Below, in pieces: positions 56,484 through 64,000 of a stretch of 64,000 nucleotides of DNA (its first letter is position 1; every line of letters starts with the position of its first letter). Both the position numbers and the translations under genes were made by a program. The notes beneath the pieces were generated by a model. It was given only the letters and a program-made list of their open reading frames with translations. It was not told the DNA's origin and made no database searches. Source of the DNA: an uncultured bacterium (GTDB lineage: Bacteria; Actinomycetota; Acidimicrobiia; Spongiisociales; UBA5794); NCBI GenBank assembly GCA_963777645.1, contig CAVZRA010000007.1:11580-75579 (forward strand). The letters run 5' to 3'.

Positions 56484-57194
56484 ATGGAGGAGTTTCGCAG
56501 TCTGGCCGACCTGCTCGATCTGCAAGAAATCGACCTCCAGATAGACCGATTGCTCCATGAACGCCAGTCGCTGCCCGCGCTCGAAGAGTATCGCAAGGCT
56601 CACGAGCACAACGAGACACTGAAAGCGGAACTGGCCACGGCTGAGGAGACGCTGCGGCAGACCACGCTCGACCTTGACAAGACCGAGGGAGAGCTGGAGA
56701 TTACGGGGCAGCGTCTCGACGCTGAACAGAACCGGCTCTATGCAGGCGGGATGAGTGCCCGGGATGCCGAGTACCTGCGTCGTGAGGTCGAGATGCTGCA
56801 GAAGAAACGCAGCGACGCCGAGGACAAGGTCCTCGAGCTGATGGAGAATCGCGATCAGCAAGACGGCATCGTGACCGATCTGCAGGATCGACAGCACCAA
56901 GCCGAATCGGCCAAGAGCCAGGTCGAGGCAGTGATCAGGGAGGCGTGGGCCGGCATCGACGCTCAGCTGGCTACCAAGGAGGCCAGAAAGGCCGAGGTCG
57001 TGCCTCGCATCGAAAAGGATCTCATCGACCTATACGAGCAGCTGCGCAACAGTAAGGAAGGTGTCGCGGTGGGAGCGCTCGCCGACGACATGTGTGGTGG
57101 TTGTCATCTCAAACTCACTGCAGCCGAAGTGATCGAGGCGAAGCGGTCGGACCCACCCCGCTGTATTCACTGCCGTCGCATCCTCGTCTTGTGA
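56484..57194 (+). CDS. coiled-coil protein with C4 zinc ribbon (COG1579-type), usual Nif3 neighbour
   Basis: Long heptad-rich region. C-terminal CGGCHLKL...PPRCIHCRRIL. ATG at 56484, 3 nt after the Nif3 stop. Confidence 0.8.
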   Translation: MEEFRSLADLLDLQEIDLQIDRLLHERQSLPALEEYRKAHEHNETLKAELATAEETLRQTTLDLDKTEGELEITGQRLDAEQNRLYAGGMSARDAEYLRREVEMLQKKRSDAEDKVLELMENRDQQDGIVTDLQDRQHQAESAKSQVEAVIREAWAGIDAQLATKEARKAEVVPRIEKDLIDLYEQLRNSKEGVAVGALADDMCGGCHLKLTAAEVIEAKRSDPPRCIHCRRILVL

Positions 57195-57200
57195 GGTTCC

Positions 57201-57743
57201 ATGCTCTTCTGGCATGCCGGTGCCACCATCGCCATCGCTCGTTACATCTTTCGTGACGACCGCATGGACTTGCGGATGTTGCTGGTTGGGGCGTTGCTGC
57301 CCGACCTGATCGATACACCCGTCGGGCTCCTTTTCTACGGTCGGCTGCACAGCGTTCGACTGTTCACCCACAGCCTCCTGCTCGCCGCGGTTGTCATGGT
57401 TGCAGTGGTGAGGTGGACCAGGCGAGGTCGGCCCCGCAAGATGTGGATGCCACTTGCCATTGGCCTGCTGCTTCACCTGCTCCTCGACGCCATGTGGCTC
57501 GATCCTGAGACGTTGTGGTGGCCCCTACTCGGTTCGGGATTCTCACCGGCAGGGGCCGCAAACGTCTCCGGATACATCAGCTCGGTGTTGGGGGACTGGA
57601 AGGTGTGGCTCGGCGAAGTGATCGGCTTGGTCTATCTCATCTACCTCTGGTTTGCAGCAAACCTGGTGGATCAGGAGAAGCGCATGACGTTGTGGCGCAC
57701 CGGGCGGGTAGATGTCCCTATCGAGGGCGAAGCTACCTGCTAA
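57201..57743 (+). CDS. YdjM/DUF457-type membrane-bound metal-dependent hydrolase
   Basis: Four to five TM segments with LPDLIDTP and HSLLLAAV motifs. Confidence 0.6.
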   Translation: MLFWHAGATIAIARYIFRDDRMDLRMLLVGALLPDLIDTPVGLLFYGRLHSVRLFTHSLLLAAVVMVAVVRWTRRGRPRKMWMPLAIGLLLHLLLDAMWLDPETLWWPLLGSGFSPAGAANVSGYISSVLGDWKVWLGEVIGLVYLIYLWFAANLVDQEKRMTLWRTGRVDVPIEGEATC

Positions 57744-58089
57744 ACATCCTGATCGCGACGAACACGAGCACAGCGGCGAACAACCGACGCAGCAAGTCGG
57801 CAGGCAGCCGAAGCGCAAGGATCGATCCGGCGACACCGCCGACTATCCCCCCTGTTCCCATGAGCAACGCGGTGCGCCAGTGCACCCGGCCCCGCTTGCT
57901 GTGGAGATAGGTGGCAACGAATGCGGTCGGGACGATGACTGCAAGCGAGGTGCCTTGAGCTACATGCTGCTGCAAGCTGAAGAAGACCACCAGCATTGGA
58001 ACGTAGATGAACCCTCCGCCGAGGCCGAGCGTGGAGGCGACGAATCCCGCAAAGAGTCCGAGCATGATGAGAGCTGTGACGTGCACCAT
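57733..58089 (-). CDS. half-size (4-TM, 118 aa) TauE/SafE-family anion exporter subunit, downstream half
   Basis: MVHVTALIMLGLFAGFVASTLGLGGGFIYVPMLV...AQGTSLAVIVPTA. Its ATG shares its A with the upstream TGA (TGATG overlap). Confidence 0.7.
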   Translation of the reverse strand: MVHVTALIMLGLFAGFVASTLGLGGGFIYVPMLVVFFSLQQHVAQGTSLAVIVPTAFVATYLHSKRGRVHWRTALLMGTGGIVGGVAGSILALRLPADLLRRLFAAVLVFVAIRMFSR

Positions 58090-58445
58090 CAGATGGCCAT
58101 CCTGACCGCGGCAATGGTGACCACGACCGCAAAGGCCCGGGAGAGCACCTTGGCCGGGATCCTGTGGAGAACCCGGGTCCCGATCGTAGCCCCGGTCAGG
58201 GCGCCGATGGCGATCAATGCGGCGGCCTGCCAATCAACAGATCCATCGAGGGCGAATGAGATGAGGGCAGATCCCGAGGTGGCGATGACGGCCGCCAGAG
58301 AAGTGCCCGAGGCCTCGTGTTGGTTGAACCCGAGCCAGAGCACGAGACCGGGGATGATGACGATGCCACCACCGATACCGAGTAGACCGGCGAGAGTTCC
58401 GGCGAGCGCTCCGAGGGCCACGGCCCGGTAAGGACTGACAGACAC
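58089..58445 (-). CDS. half-size (4-TM, 118 aa) TauE/SafE-family anion exporter subunit, upstream half
   Basis: Taking the GTG at 58445 gives VSVSPYRAVALGALAGTLAGLLGIGGGIVIIPGLV...ASGTSLAAVIATS. This is clearly paralogous to the downstream half. An alternative ATG is at 58499. The rest of ORF 58089..59147 is antisense to the lipoprotein gene. Confidence 0.65.
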   Translation of the reverse strand: MSVSPYRAVALGALAGTLAGLLGIGGGIVIIPGLVLWLGFNQHEASGTSLAAVIATSGSALISFALDGSVDWQAAALIAIGALTGATIGTRVLHRIPAKVLSRAFAVVVTIAAVRMAI

Positions 58446-58497
58446 ACGGCGAGTGTAGGGGGTTTCCCTATTCCCAGGGTTCAGTACCCTATCGGGC

Positions 58498-59160
58498 ATG
58501 CAGCGCTTGGCATTGATTGTGCTGGTCGTGTTCCTGGCTGCCTGTGGCGGGGGTGAGGCGGAGACAACGACAACCTCGAGCGACGTCGGACCGGTCGAAG
58601 TTGCGGCGGCCTGGCTCGACGCGATGAACGGTTCCGATGCCACCGCGATCGAGCCCCTGGTGGAGCCGGTGGGTCTCGCGATCATCGCAGCCGTTGAGAA
58701 CAACCTGAGGTCCGATGAGTTGGTCGGGTTGCTCGAGAGCGGGATGAGCCCGGATCTAGCAACCAGGTACTGGGCAACATTCCACGATGCCTTTGGCGCA
58801 ATCCAGGGAGAATCTCTCGAGGATGTGTCCGTTGGCGATCCCATCCAGATCCCGGACAGTCGTGACCGCACAGCAGTGGCCATTGCCACCGGCCGGACGG
58901 AGGGCAGGGTGATCCTGCTTCGCACCGAGGCAGGGTGGAAGGTCGACTTTGCCGCAACAGTCGGCCCTGCGCTCGTTGGCCCGCTCGGCCGGTATCTGGC
59001 TTCAGCGATGGAGGGCGAGCACGCCGGGGCCATCGCAGGCGCATACAATGACGCGATCGTGCCTGCCCTTGAGGCGGCTTTTGCGCTCGATCGAGGCAAT
59101 TCGAACCTGGAGTTCGAGACCGAGTACATCCGGCAGCTGGCCAACACCGATTCCCGGTAG
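58498..59160 (+). CDS. hypothetical lipoprotein
   Basis: MQRLALIVLVVFLAACGG lipobox. No domain recognised. Confidence 0.55.
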   Translation: MQRLALIVLVVFLAACGGGEAETTTTSSDVGPVEVAAAWLDAMNGSDATAIEPLVEPVGLAIIAAVENNLRSDELVGLLESGMSPDLATRYWATFHDAFGAIQGESLEDVSVGDPIQIPDSRDRTAVAIATGRTEGRVILLRTEAGWKVDFAATVGPALVGPLGRYLASAMEGEHAGAIAGAYNDAIVPALEAAFALDRGNSNLEFETEYIRQLANTDSR

Positions 59161-59180
59161 GCGCCTACGACTCCGGGGAA

Positions 59181-60167
59181 TCAGGCGAGGCCGCGCAGAA
59201 CCGGCAACACCTCAGATCCGAGCATCTCGATGGTTGCAACCTGGTCTAGCGATGTCGTCTGGATGGTCACGATGTCGGCATGAACGTCGGTGATCAACGG
59301 TTGGTATTGCTCGATGTAGTCGTCCGGCGTAGAGACCAGGGAGTACTTGCTGAGAACCTCGCTGCGGTCCATGGCATCAGCCCGCTCTCTGAGTACTTGC
59401 GGGTCGACGGCTTCGAGTCGGCCAGGAGCACGCAAGCCACGCCATGCCGACAACGCCTGCCAGGCTTCATCGTCGCTTTCGGCCCGCACCGACCAGCGGG
59501 ATGCCATCACAGGTAGAGGGCTGCGGCCATTCGCAGCTGTGGCGGACCTGGCGGGGTCGATCACTCTCTCGAACGTCTCGGTGGGCGCCTTGACGCTCGT
59601 GATGATTCCGTCGGCGAGCTCGGCAGCGAGTATGGCGGACTTCGGGCCGCCGGCGGCGAGCCAGATCGGCACCGGGCCGACCGGTGGGCTGTAGAGGCGG
59701 GCGCGATGGGTCTGGTAGTACTCGCCGTCGAAATCGAGCTTCTCGCCGTCGAGCAGCCGGCGCATGATCTGGAGAGCCTCTCGCATCCTGGCTGCACGCT
59801 CGGCGTACTTGGGGAAGTGATATCCAAGCGGTCCCTCATTCAGGTTCTCACCAGTGCCGACGCCCAGGTGGAACCTGCCGCCGGACAATCGGTCCATGGT
59901 TGCCGCCGCCTGGGCAACCACCGCGGGGTGATAGCGAAAGAGAGGGGTAGTGACACCGGTTGCGATCTGGATCCGTTCGGTTGCCTGTGCCATGGCTCCG
60001 ATCGTCGAGAAGGCGTATCCGGAAGCTGAGGTGTCGTCGACCCAGGGGTGGAAGTGCTCGGATACTACGAGGAAGTCAAAACCTGCGTCTTCGGCGAGCA
60101 CAGCATGCTCGACGAGAATCTCAGGCTGCCATTGCTCGTGTCCGCAGAAGTAGGCGAATTGGGTCAC
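59181..60167 (-). CDS. luciferase-like monooxygenase family oxidoreductase, F420-dependent G6PD-related subgroup
   Basis: FAYFCGHEQWQPE...VVSEHFHPW...GRFHLGVGTGENLNE resembles the FGD-like LLM subfamily. Confidence 0.75.
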   Translation of the reverse strand: MTQFAYFCGHEQWQPEILVEHAVLAEDAGFDFLVVSEHFHPWVDDTSASGYAFSTIGAMAQATERIQIATGVTTPLFRYHPAVVAQAAATMDRLSGGRFHLGVGTGENLNEGPLGYHFPKYAERAARMREALQIMRRLLDGEKLDFDGEYYQTHRARLYSPPVGPVPIWLAAGGPKSAILAAELADGIITSVKAPTETFERVIDPARSATAANGRSPLPVMASRWSVRAESDDEAWQALSAWRGLRAPGRLEAVDPQVLRERADAMDRSEVLSKYSLVSTPDDYIEQYQPLITDVHADIVTIQTTSLDQVATIEMLGSEVLPVLRGLA

Positions 60168-60400
60168 GGCGGTCCTTTCTTGCCTTGTTGAGCATCGATC
60201 GGATCCATCCTTGCAGACTCACCAGACCCGGCTGGCGGCGCCTGGTTGGAATGGACTGGCGAAGCAGTATTCTCAGCCTGAAAACTGTGGTGTGTCTGGG
60301 CGCATGTGGCAGGTGTTTCCGGTGTCGCGACTACTCGCTCAAGGCAGGAGCGGAAACGGCCGAATGACCGAGAGGCGCACATCTGCGGAGGGCCTATACG

Positions 60401-61252
60401 ATGGAACAAGACAATACGGGTGGAGGGCCACCGGATCTGCTCGTGGTCGAGGACAACACGCTCCACGCTCGTCTCGTGCTGACCATGCTCAGCGAGGCAT
60501 GGGGCGACGAGGCTCCCGTTCGTCATGTCAAGAGGCTCGAGTCTGCTCTGGAAGCCATTGCGGAGTCTGCGCCCGATTGTGTGCTGCTGGATCTTGTGTT
60601 GCCCGACGCAGACGGCCTCGAGGCCGTTGAATCGATGCTGCTCAACGCCCCGCATGTTCCCATCGTCGTGCTCAGCGCTCACAAGGACGACCACCTGGCG
60701 CTGCGGGCCGTGCGCCGGGGAGCGCAGGACTATCTGGTCAAGGGGACCGTTACCGCCGACGCTCTTGCCCGCTCGGTGCAACTCGCCATCCAGCGCCACC
60801 ACGCCGAGAACCGCGCTGGTGACGGTGACAAGAGGCGCTCGGCGCCGAATGGTGGTACTCCAGATGAAGTGGTTTCCACGGCTGAGGGCCCGACGGCTGT
60901 TGCCATCCTCAGTAGGGACGGCGCGGTCATCTTCGCTGAAGACGCCGCAGCAGACATGCTCGGGCTGCCACTCAGCGAGGTGATAGGGGTGCCGCTCGTT
61001 GCGATGTGCCATCCGGCCGATATGGAGCGATGGCGAAGCGCTATCGAGAAGGAAGATGAAGACCTCGAAGAGGTAATCGTTCGCTTGGTGCATCCATCCG
61101 GTGCCGAGCTGCGTGTCGGCATCACGCTCGAACCCCTTTCAGATGGCCAGGATGGGCGCGCTGCCTTCCTCGCCATGCTCCAACACCACTCCGACGAGGG
61201 TACCGGTTCTTCCGGTGCCTATGCAGTGGTGAGCGGTTGGGGTGACGAGTAG
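60401..61252 (+). CDS. response-regulator receiver domain fused to a PAS-like domain (no DNA-binding output)
   Basis: LLVVEDNTLHARL...DCVLLDLVLPDADG...VVLSAHKD...GAQDYLVKG. The C-terminal ~130 aa are PAS-like (AILSRDGAVIFAEDAAADMLGLPLSEVIG). Confidence 0.75.
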   Translation: MEQDNTGGGPPDLLVVEDNTLHARLVLTMLSEAWGDEAPVRHVKRLESALEAIAESAPDCVLLDLVLPDADGLEAVESMLLNAPHVPIVVLSAHKDDHLALRAVRRGAQDYLVKGTVTADALARSVQLAIQRHHAENRAGDGDKRRSAPNGGTPDEVVSTAEGPTAVAILSRDGAVIFAEDAAADMLGLPLSEVIGVPLVAMCHPADMERWRSAIEKEDEDLEEVIVRLVHPSGAELRVGITLEPLSDGQDGRAAFLAMLQHHSDEGTGSSGAYAVVSGWGDE

Positions 61253-61273
61253 ATCTATAGCTGGCGGAGTTGT

Positions 61274-61305
61274 GAGAGAGCCCCCGGGATCCCGGGGGCT
61301 CTCTC
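61274..61305. terminator. perfect 32-nt palindrome; bidirectional terminator for the REC-PAS gene and rnpB
   Basis: gagagagcccccggg-at-cccgggggctctctc (15-bp arms). It lies directly 3' of the RNase P RNA and 22 nt after the REC-PAS stop. Confidence 0.7.
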
Positions 61306-61307
61306 CT

Positions 61308-61711
61308 GTGAGCCCGGTTGTAAGCCGGATTCTGTATCCGACCGTCGGGTGTAACGCCGACGGTCGGCGACGACCATCTATCTGGGCCCGTCATTGCTGA
61401 ACGGGCTCGTGCGGCCTACCTGGGATTGATGAGCGGGCAACTCGCTCCCTGCTTGGCCTTGCTCCTGGTGGGGTTTGCCGAGCCGCCCCGGTCACCCGGG
61501 ACGCTGGTGGTCTCTTACACCACCGTTTCACCCTTGCCTGTGTGTGTCCCATGCGGGCCACACCGTGGGCGGTCTGCTCTCTGTTGCACTTTCCGTCGGG
61601 TCACCCCGCCTGGGTGTTACCCAGCACCATGCCCTGCGGAGTCCGGACTTTCCTCGGTCGGTGCGCCGAACAAGTCGGCGAGGCCGAACGCGGTCGTCGG
61701 CCGGGCTCGTC
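61308..61711 (-). ncRNA. rnpB: RNase P RNA, bacterial type A
   Basis: Minus-strand reading contains the universal elements GAGGAAAGUCCGGACUCC (61655-61638), GGGUAACACCCAGG, GGAAAGUGCAACAGA, GCAAGGGUGAAACGGUGGUGUAAGAGACCACCAG, GGCAAACCCCACC, AGCAAGGCCAAG, AGAUAGAUGGUCGUCGCC and ACAGAAUCCGGCUUACA. P1 pairs gagcccgg (61708-61701) with ccgggctc (61317-61310). The ends are approximate. Confidence 0.9.
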
Positions 61712-61740
61712 AATTGGATGGTAACGCTCGTCGGCGGTGA

Positions 61741-62139
61741 CTACGAGATGCCTTCGAGAGAATCCCGCGCTCGCTGCAGCTTGGTTCTCACCTCGGCAGC
61801 GATCTCGGCGACTCCGTCCGTGTCGACGAGCGTGAGAACAGCCGCCGGGTCCATGAACTCCACGGTGACCCCGGAGTCGGTCTCTCGCAACACGACGTTG
61901 CACGGGAGCAAGACGCCGATACTCGGATCGGTGCTGAGCGCCTCATGAGCGAATGGAGCGTTGCACGCCCCAAGGATCAAGTAAGGGTCGATGTCTACAT
62001 CGAGCTTCTTCTTCATGGTCGCCTTGACGTCGATTTCGGTGAGGATGCCAAATCCCTGATCCGCCAATGCGGTCGTCACCATCTCCCGCACGCGCTCCAG
62101 CGGTCCGGACACGGTTGTGGAGAACGAGTAGTCGGCCAT
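61741..62139 (-). CDS. DUF302-domain protein
   Basis: GFGILTEIDVKATMKKKL...YLILGACNAP...VLLPCNVVL is typical of DUF302. Confidence 0.8.
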   Translation of the reverse strand: MADYSFSTTVSGPLERVREMVTTALADQGFGILTEIDVKATMKKKLDVDIDPYLILGACNAPFAHEALSTDPSIGVLLPCNVVLRETDSGVTVEFMDPAAVLTLVDTDGVAEIAAEVRTKLQRARDSLEGIS

Positions 62140-62205
62140 TTCTGCTCCAATCGCGATGGTGGGACCCTGTAGGGTCCCACCAGTCTGGTCGATTTCACAA
62201 GCAGC

Positions 62206-62718
62206 TCAGGTGAAGATGACCTGGCCACCCTCCGAGAGCTCGATGAAATCGGTGGCGGAGATGATGTCCTCGACCTCAGGAATCATGTCATCCTTGGTAA
62301 GGCCCATCATGTCCACCGACATCTTGCATGCCCAGAGGTGACCACCGGCGTCGGCGATCATCTGGACGAACTCGGGTACTTCGGGCACATCGAGGTCCGC
62401 AATCTGCTTTTTCATCATCTTTGTGGCTACTGCGGTCATCCCCGGGAGCCCTGCCATGCCCTGGGGCATGTGCATGGTCTTGCCGGAAGGATGCATCGCC
62501 GTATTGCCCATCCAGGTGAACTGGAGATTGTTCATGTGCTTCTTGGTCACGATGTCCATGCCCCAGAAGGTGAAAAAGATGTGAGTCTCGATACCTTCGC
62601 CGAGGGCGGCATTGGCCATCACCAGAGATGGATAGACCATGTCGAGAGTGCCCTTGGATGCGATGAAGCAGATCTTCCGGTCGCTGGAGTCGTCTCCGAA
62701 GTCGGGAACGAATGTCAT
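62206..62718 (-). CDS. DsrE/DsrF/DrsH-like sulfur-relay family protein (COG2210 type)
   Basis: KICFIASKGTLDMVYPSLVMANAA...IFFTFWGMD...GHLWACKMSVDMMG with a conserved Cys. Confidence 0.75.
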   Translation of the reverse strand: MTFVPDFGDDSSDRKICFIASKGTLDMVYPSLVMANAALGEGIETHIFFTFWGMDIVTKKHMNNLQFTWMGNTAMHPSGKTMHMPQGMAGLPGMTAVATKMMKKQIADLDVPEVPEFVQMIADAGGHLWACKMSVDMMGLTKDDMIPEVEDIISATDFIELSEGGQVIFT

Positions 62719-62751
62719 TGCTGTTTCTCCTCTGCCGTAGCGGTTGTGGTC

Positions 62752-63066
62752 CTAGACGCAGCCCTGCGGCTTGGGAACCCCGGCGATGTATGCCATCTTC
62801 TTCGCCGGCTTCTTCGGGAAGAGCTGGAACAGCTCCTTGGTGGGAACGCCACCCACATTGGAAACCCGCCGCAGCATCGGGGTCTCGCCCTGCTCCTTGA
62901 AGTCCTCGCGGAGGAACTTGACTACCTGCCAGTGTGCGTCGGTCATCTCGATACCGATGTTTGACGCGAGCTCCCTTGCGATTTCCTCATTCCATTGATT
63001 GGTGTCCGTCATGAAACCTTCGTCATCGACGTCGATTTCGCTTCCTGCGATCGTGATAGCGGGCAT
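62752..63066 (-). CDS. TusE/DsrC-family sulfur-carrier protein (single C-terminal Cys, TusE-like)
   Basis: DDEGFMTDTNQWNEEIA...HWQVVKFLREDF... C-terminus AYIAGVPKPQGCV. The penultimate Cys is present. The second DsrC Cys, 10 residues upstream, is Ala. Confidence 0.8.
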   Translation of the reverse strand: MPAITIAGSEIDVDDEGFMTDTNQWNEEIARELASNIGIEMTDAHWQVVKFLREDFKEQGETPMLRRVSNVGGVPTKELFQLFPKKPAKKMAYIAGVPKPQGCV

Positions 63067-63078
63067 TTGCTCAACCTC

Positions 63079-63813
63079 CTATGGGTTCTTGGTCTTGTTG
63101 AAAGTGACTGGTTGCGTGGTGTCGACCTCGGCCACCGCCCCCAGAGTGTTCAGCGCACGGTTCATGCCGCGGCGCACCTCGGGATCACGGAGACGTCCTG
63201 CCAACCGGATCAGGCTTGGCGGTTTGTCCGGCTCGCTCACCATTTGGGCTTGCTGTCGCTGCAGCGCCTCGATCATGTGGTGGAGAGCGGCCATCATCTC
63301 GGGTTGAGTGAGCGACTTGACCGTTTCCAGGATGAGGACGATGTTGTCTCCGAGAGCCTCGACATCATCCTCATCGAAGGCGGTGACGATCCGATCGACG
63401 ATATGCCAGCTGCTCTTGACGAATCCGAAGTAGCCCTTCTGATCGAGATCGACCAAATTGTCGGTGACAACGTCCATTGCCTGTTCGCTGAGCGGCATCA
63501 GATCCTTGACCAGGTCGCCGAACATCTCCAGGTAGACGAGGGCCTGGTCCAGAATGGGCGCTACCCGGATCAGCCGTCGGAGCAGGTCTGCGAAGTCGCC
63601 CATGCGGACGTCGGCGCTGAGGTCGTCGAGCTCACGCTCGATGACCTTGAGGAAGTCTCCCGCAATCGGCATCACGTCCGATTGAAGCTCGGTCCATACT
63701 TCACGACGCCTTCTTGCCAGCTCTGCTTCCCGGGTTAGGAAGGCGACCTGCTCGGTGAGCGCATCGATCTTCGCCTCGAGCGCGTCGGTCGGCGCGGGGG
63801 AGATGGTCGTCAT
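63079..63813 (-). CDS. DUF1641-domain protein
   Basis: Helical protein with the C-terminal LRDPEVRRGMNRALNTLGAV motif typical of DUF1641. Its ATG overlaps the upstream stop (ATGA). Confidence 0.65.
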   Translation of the reverse strand: MTTISPAPTDALEAKIDALTEQVAFLTREAELARRRREVWTELQSDVMPIAGDFLKVIERELDDLSADVRMGDFADLLRRLIRVAPILDQALVYLEMFGDLVKDLMPLSEQAMDVVTDNLVDLDQKGYFGFVKSSWHIVDRIVTAFDEDDVEALGDNIVLILETVKSLTQPEMMAALHHMIEALQRQQAQMVSEPDKPPSLIRLAGRLRDPEVRRGMNRALNTLGAVAEVDTTQPVTFNKTKNP

Positions 63814-64000
63814 TGCAGATCCTCACGAATCTTGCCTGCCATCGACATGAGCGCCGGGATTGGCATGGCACGACCTTCGAGCAGGACGTTCCAGTAGATC
63901 CACTTGAACATCAGCTTGCCCCAGTGGTTGGCCTCTGTTTCCTGGAGCAGCGAGAACGGGCCGATGCCGGGGAGCGGGTACTTGCCGGGTAGTGGCTCGG
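63810..64000 (-). CDS. C-terminus of an FAD-dependent sulfide:quinone-oxidoreductase-like protein (5' part outside the window)
   Basis: Hand-translated: ...PLPGIGPFSLLQETEANHWGKLMFKWIYWNVLLEGRAMPIPALMSMAGKIREDLQ*. HWGKxxFKWxYWNxLL resembles SQR/NDH-2-like C-termini. Confidence 0.5.
   Translation of the reverse strand, partial: EPLPGKYPLPGIGPFSLLQETEANHWGKLMFKWIYWNVLLEGRAMPIPALMSMAGKIREDLQ

Noticed and set aside
58446-59147. Upstream 230 codons of the 352-codon ORF 58089..59147
   Set aside because: Only the last 118 codons look like a TauE half. The upstream part is antisense to the lipoprotein gene 58498..59160, is Ser/Ala/Pro-rich and has no TM pattern. The GTG at 58445 gives a product of the same length as the paralogous downstream half.
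61426-61948. Plus- and minus-strand ORFs of 60-157 aa over 61426-61948
   Set aside because: They overlie the RNase P RNA gene and the DUF302 gene. Their translations are Arg/Pro/Cys-rich with no protein-like features.
1-64000. CRISPR arrays, IS elements, transposases, toxin-antitoxin pairs, restriction-modification or other defence systems
   Set aside because: I looked for regularly spaced short repeats, terminal inverted repeats and DDE/integrase/HNH-like translations in all frames and found none. Apart from the LTD tandem duplication, the window is ordinary chromosomal backbone.

Overview
High-GC, gene-dense chromosomal segment that looks actinobacterial (the exact taxon cannot be determined from sequence alone). 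I call about 70 genes and found no transposase, integrase, prophage or CRISPR array. Gene content: central carbon and trehalose metabolism (GH15 hydrolase-zwf-permease operon, gnd-like, otsA, treS-maltokinase fusion, ATP-type pckA); threonine catabolism (kbl-tdh); several two-component systems, including a PspC/LiaFSR-like envelope-stress module; many GNAT and MarR genes; tRNA-Val(UAC); and RNase P RNA, which the ORF track cannot show. The right edge holds a sulfur-trafficking cluster (SQR C-terminus, DUF1641, TusE/DsrC-like, DsrE-like, DUF302). The strongest non-standard signal is a 2-Cys-type peroxiredoxin gene that the ORF track splits in two. The two pieces are in the same frame and are separated only by a TGA at the position of the catalytic (peroxidatic) cysteine. 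A 7-bp hairpin with a GGUC loop follows 11 nt downstream. This is the signature of a selenocysteine-decoded peroxiredoxin, not two genes or a pseudogene. Other points worth a second look: (1) an extracellular LTD-nuclease gene whose 5' part is a ~480-bp tandem duplication, with three single-base insertions in the upstream copy; (2) a TauE/SafE exporter split into two equal 118-codon, translationally coupled half-genes; (3) a perfect 15-bp inverted repeat in an AT-rich island overlapping the promoters of a divergent marR/glycosylase pair, with marR apparently leaderless; (4) a TreS-maltokinase fusion whose kinase catalytic-loop Asp appears replaced; (5) a frame-split membrane anchor plus degenerate histidine-kinase-like protein; (6) a bacterial S10 serine carboxypeptidase homologue. 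All functional calls rest on motif recognition by eye. No database search was run.
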